Position numbers and translations under genes: made by a program. A stretch of 64,000 bases of DNA, from the NCBI GenBank assembly GCA_036867785.1, contig CP145421.1, positions 744,001-808,000 on the forward strand, read 5' to 3'. Source of the stretch: Plasmodiophora brassicae. Taxonomy: Eukaryota. The notes under the pieces are model-generated. The model ran no database searches, was not told where the DNA came from, and worked only from the letters and a program-made list of their open reading frames with translations. This document shows, piece by piece, positions 48,082-59,749 of this stretch (the first letter of the stretch is position 1; every line of letters starts with the position of its first letter).

Positions 48082-49842
48082 CTACATGATTGTATTACGG
48101 GCCTCGCCTGGCTGCACGACGATCGGTTCTTCTTCGAGTATGGCGTCTATCGCGCCTGTTTCCGTCTCCTTCGGCAGGCTGGTCTCCGTGATGGCCGGCG
48201 CCGACCGGTACGCGCCCGCCTTGATCACCGCCCGCAGATCGTCGTAGGCCGGGCTCTTCAGGAACCTCGGGTACACGTCCGACTCGATCAGGCGGAACAC
48301 GTTGTTCTGCGCCTGAATGTACATGCGCTTGTCGGCGGGCGGCCGCGTCAGTCGCTCCTTGATCTGATCCAGGATGTACGCCGGCAGGTTGACCACCGAA
48401 TCCGCCAGGTACTGGCTGTATATCTTGTTCGCCATCGTCGCGCGCTCCTCGTCGGTGACGTTGGCGCGCGCGAACCGATCGCACATCATCCAGAATTCGA
48501 CGTTCTCCTGCGACATCTCGCTCTTGCAGTAATTGATGAGGTATTCGACGCCGATCGGGTGATGCAGGATATCGACCAGCAGCATGGCGTCAGGGCTGAT
48601 CTCGTCGTCACCGCCCACCTGCGACAGCTTGAACACGGCCGCCGCCGAACGCGCCCTGCAATCATCGCCCTTGAAGTAGGCCTGGAAGTCGGCCCGATCC
48701 AGCGTCAGGAACAGGCAGTCGGTGACCGTCTTGGCCGTGCGTTTCCTCGGGCGGTCGTGCAGCAGCGCCAGTTCGCCAAAGTACGACCCGGCCGCTAGGC
48801 TCGTGCACTGGGCCGCCTGCGTTTCCGACGCCTGGCAGTACACGTCGACGGTGCCGTACGCGATCATGTAGAACAGGGCGCCCTTGTCGCCTTCGTTGAA
48901 CACGATCGTGTTCGCTGGGACGAACATGAGCTTCGTCTTCGGGCCCATCTCCATCAGCTGCTCGTCGGACAGCGACGCGAAGAACGGCCCCTTGTACCGT
49001 CGGAACTGTTTCGCGATCCGGATCTGGATCTGGGTCCGGATCGGGGCCTCGATCGACGGCGCCAGGTCGACGATCGTCTTGAACTCGGTGCTGCGAAGCT
49101 CGAACAGGAGGCAGTTGGTGTCGCAGGTGACGGTCGCCGTCCGCGGGATGCCCATCAGCAAGGCGATCTCGCCGAAGTAGTCGCCGTCGGCAACGCTGTC
49201 CAACGGGATGGCGAACTCGCCGGTCCCCGCCGTGCACTGCGCCCGCCCCGAATACATGATGAACATGGCCGCGCCCTGATCCGCCTCCCGGATCAGCACC
49301 TGGCCGGGGTCGGCCGCCCGGAAGTGCACCAGGTGGGCAATCATGTGCAGGTTGTCGTCCGACACGCCCGAGAACAGCGACAGGCGACGGAGGCAGGCGC
49401 GGATCAGTCGGGACCCGGCCAGGTCCTGCAACAGCTTGCGGACGTCATCAGACACGGACGCCAGCGCGTTCGCCTCCAGCACGAACAGCCGCACCACGGT
49501 CTTGGCTTCGACGGTGACCTCGTGCCCAGCACGAACGTCGTGCTCGTCGACGTACCCGAGGAACTCGCCCGACGTCCGCTGCGCGACCGCGTTCGTCAGC
49601 GGCGCAACGCGCACGTTGATGATGCCTTTGGAGATCAGGGCGATGTACGCGGGTGCGTCGCCGGGTTTATACAGGAACTCGTTGGGTTGCAGGTACCGGA
49701 GCGTCATGAGAGACGCCAGGTCGCTGAGCTCGTCGGCCGACATGTTGAAGCGTAACGCGGTCAGGCGCAGGGCCGCCAGCGCCTTCTGCTGCGCCGTCAG
49801 GGTCTGATGCAATTTCTTCCAACGGGCCGCCAACCCCGCCAT
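48082..49842 (-). CDS. Three cyclic-nucleotide-binding domains + C-terminal RGS domain, intronless
   Basis: Phosphate-binding cassettes YFGEIALLMGIPRTATV and YFGELALLHDRPRKRTA; RGS motifs YCKSEMSQENVEFW, KIYSQYL, VNL, AQNNVFRLIESDVYPRFLKS. Confidence 0.92.
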   Translation of the reverse strand: MAGLAARWKKLHQTLTAQQKALAALRLTALRFNMSADELSDLASLMTLRYLQPNEFLYKPGDAPAYIALISKGIINVRVAPLTNAVAQRTSGEFLGYVDEHDVRAGHEVTVEAKTVVRLFVLEANALASVSDDVRKLLQDLAGSRLIRACLRRLSLFSGVSDDNLHMIAHLVHFRAADPGQVLIREADQGAAMFIMYSGRAQCTAGTGEFAIPLDSVADGDYFGEIALLMGIPRTATVTCDTNCLLFELRSTEFKTIVDLAPSIEAPIRTQIQIRIAKQFRRYKGPFFASLSDEQLMEMGPKTKLMFVPANTIVFNEGDKGALFYMIAYGTVDVYCQASETQAAQCTSLAAGSYFGELALLHDRPRKRTAKTVTDCLFLTLDRADFQAYFKGDDCRARSAAAVFKLSQVGGDDEISPDAMLLVDILHHPIGVEYLINYCKSEMSQENVEFWMMCDRFARANVTDEERATMANKIYSQYLADSVVNLPAYILDQIKERLTRPPADKRMYIQAQNNVFRLIESDVYPRFLKSPAYDDLRAVIKAGAYRSAPAITETSLPKETETGAIDAILEEEPIVVQPGEARNTIM

Positions 49843-49957
49843 CGGAGCCCGACCGCGACGAGGAACAACGAGAGATACCTATGTCGCCCGTTCTCCGTTC
49901 CAGATATCTCGTATGTATTGAGCGGCAATCGCGTGGATACCCAACGGATCACAAGAT

Positions 49958-50347
49958 TCACAGGCCATGGCCCGATTGCACACCTGAACGTCTAGGAGGC
50001 TCGTGTTGCCGTTGAATTCGGGCGCGCCAGGTGCTGTCGTCGATGAAGACGTTGCTCTTACGAAGCGCCAGACGCCGAGCGGTACCTAGGCCATGGACGC
50101 GGCGTTGCTCGAGCGTATTCGGGGGCAGGGCTCGGTCCCGGCGACGCTGCCCATTCTGAGTGCAGGACGCGTACGTGTGGCCGACCTCGTTGCACCACGC
50201 GCACGCGTGTCGCAACGTGCAGGAACGTTGCTGGCAGCCGTGCGACGTGTTGAATGGGAAACAGGACTCGCGACACTGCGCCATGTTGATTCCCGGAATC
50301 GGCCGTTGAATCGCCGGCCCGGGCCGATCATGCATAGCAAACGCCAC
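49958..50347 (-). CDS. Small CCCH + CCHC zinc-finger ORF (possibly an exon of the neighbouring gene or a gag-like relic)
   Basis: CFPFNTSHGCQQRSCTLRHACAWCNEVGHTYASC; start and splicing unresolved. Confidence 0.45.
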   Translation of the reverse strand: MAFAMHDRPGPAIQRPIPGINMAQCRESCFPFNTSHGCQQRSCTLRHACAWCNEVGHTYASCTQNGQRRRDRALPPNTLEQRRVHGLGTARRLALRKSNVFIDDSTWRARIQRQHEPPRRSGVQSGHGL

Positions 50348-50446
50348 CAGAAGGAGTGGTTGATCGGCGAAACAGAAGGTTTGCGGAACCCTACGAAGCG
50401 AGCTGATCGACCCGTCGAGGGATCGTTGGTGTACAAGCCGTCTATA

Positions 50447-50794
50447 TTATGGTGATGAACAGAACGTGCGTTTCGATTTCACCTTCGACAGTCGAGCCTC
50501 AATCTGCAGGTACAAATCAGCCATTACGAACCGGATCAACATCAAGGCACAGACCTTGTTGAGAAGTTTTCGCTCTTGGTCGTTGTGAACGGCCTCGTGC
50601 TCGGCCATGATGAACCTGGCGTTCTCCTGGTACCGTGCCATCGCCTCCTCCAACGCGCGTTTCTCCTTTTCCAGACGACCGCCGAGCTGGACCGCTTTCT
50701 TGCGGTTGTCAGACTTCACCGACAGGCTCGGCTGCCCTTTCAGCAGCCTCGACTGTAATCGCCTGATCTGGCGCTTCGTCACAGCAGAAGACAT
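50447..50794 (-). CDS. Small basic coiled-coil hypothetical protein
   Basis: MSSAVTKRQIRRLQSRLL...LEKEKRALEEAMARYQE; one probable intron. Confidence 0.45.
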   Translation of the reverse strand: MSSAVTKRQIRRLQSRLLKGQPSLSVKSDNRKKAVQLGGRLEKEKRALEEAMARYQENARFIMAEHEAVHNDQERKLLNKVCALMLIRFVMADLYLQIEARLSKVKSKRTFCSSP

Positions 50795-50983
50795 CCTGGC
50801 GGCGAATGACGACCGTCGGACTGCGTGGCGGACTCCGCCGAAGCGGCACCAAGTCACGCGTCGACGTCGATACAGTCTACCATAGGTATGTCCAACGAAT
50901 ACACAAAGCAGAGATACAAGTCGGATGACGGATCACAAGTTCTGGTTCTGTACGGAATCGTTGTTTCGCGGCAGGCTAGACGT

Positions 50984-51637
50984 CTAGTCCCACGCAGTCG
51001 TTACGCCTGGCTGCCAGTGCCCGTAATCGAACCTGCCGCTCATCTGGTTGCCATTCGGGAACGCGAACAGGACCTCGCCGGTGGGCACGTGGTCGCTGAA
51101 CGTGCCCGACATTTTCGTCCCGTCTTTCGATGTCCACTGGCCGCTGATCAACTTGCCGTTCGCCCAGCGTCCTGCGATCATCGATCCATCGTGCCCGTAC
51201 ACGTAGGTGCCTTCGCCGTTCTTCACGTCCTTGTCGAAGGTGCCAAGGAATCGGTCGCCGTTGCTGTACGAATACAGTCCCCGTCCATGGCGTTGTCCGT
51301 CGACCCAGTCGCCTTCGTATTTGCTCTTGTCTGGATACGTCATCGTCCCCGTTCCATGACGCTTCCCTGCCTGCCATTCGCCGGTGTACGACGCGGATGG
51401 GTTCGACCAGGTGTAGACGCCCTGGCCTTGCCTCTTGCCGCCAACGTATGCTCCGGTGTACGTGTCGCCGTTAGCGAATTTGGCTGTCAGCACGAGGGAT
51501 TTTAGGAAAGCGGGAAAACACGACCTGATACTGCACGTACCGGCTGCTTGCCCGTCTTTGCTGAGGAATGGAAGCTTGGCCTCGTCGCCATCAAATTGCA
51601 CTTCGTACTTGCGCTCAACCTCCTCTTCGTCGCCCAT
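50984..51637 (-). CDS. MORN-repeat protein (RSPH1/radial-spoke-like)
   Basis: Tandem YxGxWxxGxRHGxGxxxY repeats; one in-frame intron near the 5' end. Confidence 0.9.
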   Translation of the reverse strand: MGDEEEVERKYEVQFDGDEAKLPFLSKDGQAAGTCSIRSCFPAFLKSLVLTAKFANGDTYTGAYVGGKRQGQGVYTWSNPSASYTGEWQAGKRHGTGTMTYPDKSKYEGDWVDGQRHGRGLYSYSNGDRFLGTFDKDVKNGEGTYVYGHDGSMIAGRWANGKLISGQWTSKDGTKMSGTFSDHVPTGEVLFAFPNGNQMSGRFDYGHWQPGVTTAWD

Positions 51638-51839
51638 GACGCCGACCGCCGTTAAACGACAAGGATCGCCAGCAGTGTACCCGGGATCGATCCAAATCTC
51701 TCGCCATCGTCTGGCTACGTACCAGTGTCGGCTAGCAGATACGTCTTACGCGCAACAATAGGCGCAGGCATGTATTGACATGGAGATCAGGGACTGATCA
51801 TGACAGGAGCTGGCTTCTGGATGAAGGCGGCCAGAGGTA

Positions 51840-53156
<1,317 letters not shown>

Positions 53157-53564
53157 TGCTGTCGACGTCCCACGGCCCGATCGGCGACCACGCGATATCA
53201 ACTGTGACACAAACAAGTGGCGGGACAGGCGTGGGCCCGGCCTCTGCGCCAGCGCCGCCCAACAACGTCGACCTCAGGGCGTAGTAACAGCCCGACACGT
53301 CGGCTTCTATTTTTACGACCGCCCCTCCCCCGGGTCCTCAAGTCTGAAGGCGCCAATGAATCGGCGGGCAACGACTGGCACTGGGGACCGTCGTCTCAGT
53401 GCGTCTATGTACAGCCGGTTACCGATTTACGATTCATCGCGTTGGCGGAAAGAGCGCGCACACCCTCGATCCCATGTCAAGGCTCCCGCAGCCTTACACT
53501 ATGCAAGTTGCCGGTTCGTTGCCGAATACGTCCGCAATGAGGTGGACGCTTGTATCGATGTATG

Positions 53565-54495
53565 TCAGCGACGTTTGATTTCAGCGCAGAGCCGCGCCTG
53601 TAGAAGGTGGACCGCCTCGAGCGTCAGGACGAGTTTCTTGGCCTTGATGATCTCGAGGACGTTCGCGAACTGCGCTTTCATCAAGTTGAGGCCAGGGACG
53701 TTGCGAATCGCAAGCCTTGCGTTGCGGTCAAGCTGAAATGGGCAGGCGATCAGATGACAGCAGGCTCAGACAGCAACGCATGGGCTACTACGACCTCGTT
53801 TCCTGCGACAATCAGCGCGCTATGGAGGCCAAGCGTGTCTTGAATGCGAACCGCCTCCTTCGTCTTGTACGTATCGAGTACTGCAACCCCATTAGGTTGA
53901 AAGCGGTGGCGGGATGACATATATAAAAATCCTACCAGCATTGTCGACAACGATTACGTTTCCCTCATGGAATCGCGTGGAGAGGGCCACCCTGACTGCG
54001 AGGCGCCGAACCTGACACCATGAACCATTGATACCCGTTCCCGCACACCGAGGAGACCGGCCACCTTCTTGTTCAGGTCAAATGAGAAATCCCTGGGCAC
54101 CTTCGCATGAGCGTGCCCGCCGCCACGATTGACGGGGCTCCGCGTTGAACCTTGCCGGGCGCGCCCAGTACCCTTCTGCGCGTGTGGCTTCCGACCACCC
54201 CCGGACACCTGCCACATTGTTAGGCGCGAGCAGTCATGGCAGGCCGTCCTAAATCGACCTCTCCTCGCCCTTTGGTCTTGGCGGTCGACCACCCGCGAAT
54301 GGCAGCCAGGTGCCAGCGCACGGCGCGCTGCAGCAGATCGCGGCGCAGGTCCTGCGAGAACAGCTCGCCGGGCAACTCGACCAGCGACGTGCGCTGCCCG
54401 GTCTGCAGGCTGTGCACCCAGGCCTCCACCGGCGGACGCGCCGCCTTCGTCACGGCGACCGCCGTCGTCGACAGCCACCGTCGGCCCCCAAACAT
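53565..54495 (-). CDS. MRPL4: Mitochondrial (bacterial-type) ribosomal protein uL4, multi-exon
   Basis: Presequence [42 protein letters not shown]...[26 protein letters not shown]...NVLEII. Confidence 0.92.
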
Positions 54496-55026
54496 GTCGA
54501 CGGGTGATCCCGTCAGGGCCGCCCCGCAATCCGAATCACGCAAGGCTTCTTCGCTTCGCGCGCGGTCCGGCAGCAGCAACTCGATCCTGTCGAAACGAAC
54601 GGGGCCGTTGAGGTCTGATCGCACCATGTTTACGGCCAGTTTCGCCCGAGTAGATGCTGGATGTGTCAACAGTAAAGATGTAATTGAAACGTGAGTTAGC
54701 TCGAAACGGCGTACGAGCGTGCGTAGGCTCTAGGTATTCTATCTTGCAAACGCTTCCGCTGTCACGATCACGGGTGTCCCCGCTCGCATGGACTTTATTC
54801 CGGCGCCGACTTGTTATGTCGGCGCCTGACACCCGCGTCCACACACAGGACGCGCGCTCCGGTTGCGCCGGTCCGCGGTATGCAAATTTCGAAAGAGCTA
54901 CCACGGCGGTCACCGATGTGACTTAAACATTGTTGGTGCCATCTGCCGCTTACCGGAGCAATAAGGACGACATGGAAAGAAATGACGGATTCGCCGACAG
55001 GACATTGGTCATAGGCAGATTCGGGA

Positions 55027-55080
55027 TTCCCGCGGCTTCCCGCCGATTGGCGATTCCCGCAGCTTCCCGCGAATTCCCGC
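55027..55080. promoter_or_regulatory. Cluster of five TTCCCGC motifs in a divergent intergenic region
   Basis: Copies start at 55027, 55037, 55054, 55064 and 55074; a regulatory role is inferred only. Confidence 0.3.
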
Positions 55081-55364
55081 AGCTTGGACTCCCTGTTCCA
55101 GATTTAGATCGCTGCCGCGGTCCGGGCAGTTCGAGACGGGATCGAGAGCGACTGCCGAGTGCCGACGCCGACGTGAGCCGTGATCTTGACGACGACGTCG
55201 TTGCATCGTCAACTGACTGCCCGCTTAGCGCGTGGTCATAACGGTGACGTTGCCAACCGGCGGCGATCATAAGTACGACGTACGAGTGGGGTTTGGAGAT
55301 CAAGTGATTGCGCAATTCCCGTTGACCGCTGTTGCCCGGTCGGGTAACCGTTAGGCCACTGAAT

Positions 55365-56592
55365 ATGCAAACGGTGTCGAAGCATGTCGGGTTGCTAGTT
55401 ATAGCAACTTTGGGTGCATTGCTGGCAGTGTCGATGGTCATCATGGTGCTGGTGACGTATGTGAAGCTAGCTCCATCGTCGAAAACGTCACCGGTGCCAG
55501 GGTTACGTTTGCACTTGTTCGGTGCCAACATTCCGCATGACGACAAGCGGGGCACTGGCGGCGAAGACGCGTTCTTTCTGGACCACACACTGAACACGTT
55601 TGGTGTCGCTGACGGCGGTATCTAAGTCGGTAGTAAGAAGCCCCTGGCGGTTCTGACCGACGGGCTGTGTGACTTAGTTGGCGGCTGGGCTGCGGTGGGT
55701 ATCAATTCGGGAATGTTCTCACGAGCCATCCTTGGCGCGGCTCTTGGTACGATATCAAGTAACCCGCACCTGACTCACAAAGCGGCCATTAAGGTGGCGC
55801 ACCGAGCCGTGATGCGGCAAGGATATCCTGGATCGACGACCTTGATACGTAACCTCTTCGTTGTGCGCTTTTGTTTCATCTTTCTGACGTTCCATATGCA
55901 GTGGGCACGTTGAGCGGTTCAAAGCTGCATCTGACGAACTTGGGAGATTCTGGTGCTATGATCCTGCGCCACAGTGGTCAGCAATGGAAGATGCTGTCCC
56001 GAACGACCGAACAGCAGCACGAGTATCTTCTCTGTCGTGCACCCTGTCCCCATCCCGTTACTCACCGTATGGCTTTCGCTAGGTTCAACTACCCTTACCA
56101 GCTGAGACACGATGATCAAGAGTCCTCAGACGTCGACAAAGCCGAATCGACAACGCAGCAAATCCGGGTGGGCGATATTGTCATTGCTGCGTCTGATGGT
56201 CTATGGGACAACCTGTTCGAGGTTGGTCGTCAGGTGTCATCCCATACCCCATGTCTCACAATCCGACTGTCTTGGCAGGGTGAAATCATCGACATTGTGG
56301 CATCGACCTCTGTCGATCAGCTTGCTGGCACGATTGCTGCGAAGGTACGCTTGGCGTGAGGCGGGCGCAACGGGTGGCAACTCATTTCACGGAACGACAG
56401 GCATACAATGCATCGAAGGCCAAACGCAAAAGTCCTTTCTACCTTCACTGTATTCAACATCGCAAGGGATGTTCTGAGGGAGGCAAACAGGACGACATTA
56501 CGGTTATCGTCGGCTCCGCGATCATCGCCACGGACGACATCGCGTCGTCGTTGGACCAGCATAATTTTGACATGCCAGGTTCCACAGTGTGA
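55365..56592 (+). CDS. PTC7: PTC7-type PP2C phosphatase with N-terminal signal anchor, multi-exon
   Basis: GGEDAFF, GVADG|VGGW, GSTT, NLGDSG, EQQH|FNYPYQL, SDGLWDNLF, GGKQDDITV. Confidence 0.88.
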
Positions 56593-56730
56593 GATAAATC
56601 ATGGAAGTATGTACCTTTGCAGAGTCGGACGCCCCCCAGAGGGGCGATGAGTAGAAATTGTACGAACGCCGTATATTGTACAACGGAGTCGCAAACAACG
56701 ACAAACAGCATATGGCGTACATAAACATAT

Positions 56731-58234
56731 TTATGTACTTTCCGTGGCTTCGGGGCTGGAAGGCTCCAGGTTGCAAACGACATCTTGCTGAGATACGAGT
56801 GTCGAAGGAGGCGGCACCGAATCACCGAGGAACTCTGGATGGATGGTGATGTTCACGATTCCCGCCTCAGTAAGCACCGCCTACGACAACTATTCAGATA
56901 CCAGGATACGATTATCAGCAAACGCAACACTGCACCTTCAGTTGGGTGAAAACAGAGGACGTGTTTGCTTCGTCCCTCATCGTAACATGCATGGACGCTA
57001 CAGTCGAATCGCTGGACAAAGACCATAGGTGGAAGTTGTGAATACCAATAACATCTTCGACAGCCAGCAGCTTCCCGATGATTTCCTATGCGGATGACAT
57101 CCAGTCAGCATTGGGCCCCAAACACAGGACCAACCGTCCCAAGGACCTGTACGTTGACGCCGGCTGGAGTCCTCTGAAGCAGGACCTTAATGGATTCCAT
57201 CATGAGCGGAAACGTCGTCGCTGCCAGAACCACAACGATGATAATCGTGAACAGCGGGTCAGCGAGAAACCGGCTCGGGCCTGCAAGGAAGGGCACGTTG
57301 AGATCCTCACACGTCACGCCAACTAGGGCGACCTGTTACTTTGGCTGAACTTGACGATGAGCGAGGAGCAGATAACGCCAACTGATCCAAGAGCGTCACC
57401 AAGAACATGAAGTAGAACACCTGCAGAGCGCAAGTTAACGAAAACGATAGACAGACGTCATCGAGGCATGACATCAACCTTGCATGTTTTTGTCGCGACG
57501 AGCAGGCTTGGCGTCTGACGGTCTCTCATCGGGGGCTCCAGTGCCCAGAATCCATAGCCCTGTCATCGTCGCACACGCGGGTCAGAGTACATTGCGAAAG
57601 AGGCCGACAGGCCACGGCGTACCAAGGAGGTTGGCAACGAGACCTCCAACAGATACCCAGAGAACGAGATCGATATCCTCCGCCAGGTCCGTTTCGGGCT
57701 TAACGATCAGCTTGACGGCGTCGATCGTCAACGTCATGCATATGGACAGCATGAACGTTGCATTGACGAGGCCGCCGACAACTTCGGTTCTCATCCACCC
57801 GAATGTTAGTTTCTCATTGGCTACGGAAACCAGGACCAGACTGTTAGATAACAGAGAAGCGGTGGGCCATAGGAGGCAATACCAGGTCTTCTGGACAAGA
57901 CGATAGCGTAGAGGCCAATCCCCATGGAGATAATATCAGACAGCATGTTCATTGCGTCGGCGACAAGCGCCAAGGAATGGAACATGAACCCGACGACAAC
58001 CTCGACGATGAAATACACGACGGTCAGCGCCAGCGCCGCATAGAACCGGGCGTCCACATTGCGGATGCCCTTGGTCGTGTTCAGCGACGCATGCGACACG
58101 TACGCCCTGTGTTCGCGCAGCGCCGACCGGTGCTGCGTCTTCACGAACGCGATCTGGCTCCGGCCCTTGATCGCCTCATGCTGCACGCCGCCGCCGGCCA
58201 GCTCCAGGCCAGCCGCGCCACTGCGCTTCGCCAT
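56731..58234 (-). CDS. Cation diffusion facilitator (ZnT1/ZnT10/Cot1 clade), multi-exon
   Basis: SLALVADAMNMLSD, TFGWMRTEVVGGLVN, VLLHVLGDALGS, ADP, LLQRTP, HNFHLWSL, TIHPE. Confidence 0.92.
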
Positions 58235-58893
58235 GTAACGTTAACTCGCGCCCGATGCGGTACGGCCACGGCGCCGGGCTCTCGGGAGTCGGGGGGCAAA
58301 TCCGACGGTTTTTTGGGATTGTCCGATCTGGCGATTGTGATTTCCCAGACCGCCAGTCTTGAAATCGCAGTTTCCTACCTGCCTCCTGCGTCGCCGACTG
58401 CCCAGTTGTCACACCCGGACTTCTATTTTTAGGTTTCAGGTGTCTTTGCCGGGTCGTGACTGGTAGTACCTACCTAGTCTGGTACACTCTGGTACTATAG
58501 CCGACACTGGCGGACCGAGACGCAGGTTTTCTCAGCACCTATAGTCACCTACCAGTACTGCCAGATAACCACATCTGCAGGCCAGTCCTCCAAGTCATCG
58601 GGCGGCAGGTCGGGATCGTCGTGTCAGGCTTCCGCCCCGTGACCGCAGTGTTACTCGCAAGGTTGCAATGTGCAAGGTCTCACGACTGCAGTGTTGCTGA
58701 GAAAGTTCCAAGGTTCCACGCGCGGCATGGACATGGGCGCTCTTAAGAATCCATAGACTCATTTTCATTCCCATTTCGGCACGTTACGATCAACGCCATT
58801 CAAGTGATTAAGAGTCCGTAAGCAGCACCTCCATGGCCGTCTCGGTCATCGGCGCCTAGACCTTTGCAGACCTTGAGTAAGGTGATACGTACT

Positions 58894-59062
58894 ATTGATC
58901 ACCTGCTTCAGAGTGTCGGTGTCGCGGTGGCCCGACAGGGTCCGCGATGTAATCCCTGAGAAATAATCCTGTACTTCCTCAAACACGACTCAAACTCTTC
59001 TTCTCACAGACCCTGCCGGGCCAGACCACCGCGACGCCGACGCTCCGGAGCAGGTGATCAAT
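58894..59062. repeat. Imperfect inverted repeat, about 50-bp arms, 66-nt loop
   Basis: 58894-58942 versus the reverse complement of 59009-59062: five transitions and one 5-nt indel. Confidence 0.85.
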
Positions 59063-59157
59063 GGTATCCGCAGGGCCAACTGGGCGGGCTGGAAGGAAAA
59101 GACAGTTGAAGTTGCGCGGAGTCCGCACCGTGTGCGTTGGGCCGACGGTGAGTGCTG

Positions 59158-59452
59158 ATGGCGTCCAGCACGAATGCGTCCTATAAGAAGGTCGTCGCAG
59201 GCAAGCTTCGACTAAAGAGTCGTCCTGCAGATTCGACAGTCGAACCCGTGCGTGGGATCCACGTCGTCGATTTAACGGTCGCCCTGCTGAATTGCGTTGT
59301 GGCAATAGACCATTAAGAAGAAATCCAAGAAGGCCGTCAAGAACGTCGAGAACGCCTCGACAACGGGCACACCCCAGCAAGCGACCGAAAACCAGACCAG
59401 CGATGCTGTTGATCACCGAGAAACGAAGAAGAGCGACAGATATTGTAAATAA
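59158..59452 (+). CDS. Minimal FRG1-like protein (77 aa, 2 exons)
   Basis: Exon 59158-59247, GT-AG intron 59248-59308, exon 59309-59452; YKKVVAGKLRLK...KKKSKK...DHRETKKSDRYCK* matches the FRG1 termini as I recall them. Confidence 0.75.
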
Positions 59453-59749
59453 CACATATTCATGAGGCCGTCATCGCCACATGGTCGTCACGTCTTAGTC
59501 GACATTCTAGGCAAATGCGTTGGCGAACCTCAACAATGCCCTCAGCTGCCGGGAACGCCCTCCAGTAGCTACGCGATCTATTTCCAGCTTGGCTATATCG
59601 GGCACAGTTGCAGGTGGCAGCAGCAGCAGCAGCAGCAGGAGACAGCCAGACAGACAGGGTCGTCCCCATCGGGCAGTGCCCTCTGGGAACGCAACCCACG
59701 AAGCGCAGGCGGTGACGGCGCAACCTGCCTGTCAGCAATCCCAGCCACG

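Noticed and set aside
47384-48247. 287-aa ORF containing QCR6-like sequence
   Set aside because: Chance read-through of spacer, QCR6 pseudogene, unspliced intron and antisense RGS tail; non-ATG start.
54930-55241. 103-aa ORF between MRPL4 and PTC7
   Set aside because: No homology signal; its internal IPAASR repeat simply reflects the DNA minisatellite.
58455-58565. Weak dyad symmetry (ctggtagtac...gtactgccag, two ctatag)
   Set aside because: Arms are too short and irregular to support an element or RNA call.
59618-59638. (CAG)7 as a poly-Q coding tract
   Set aside because: It lies upstream of the inferred RhoGAP ATG at 59750, so it is more likely a UTR or intergenic microsatellite.
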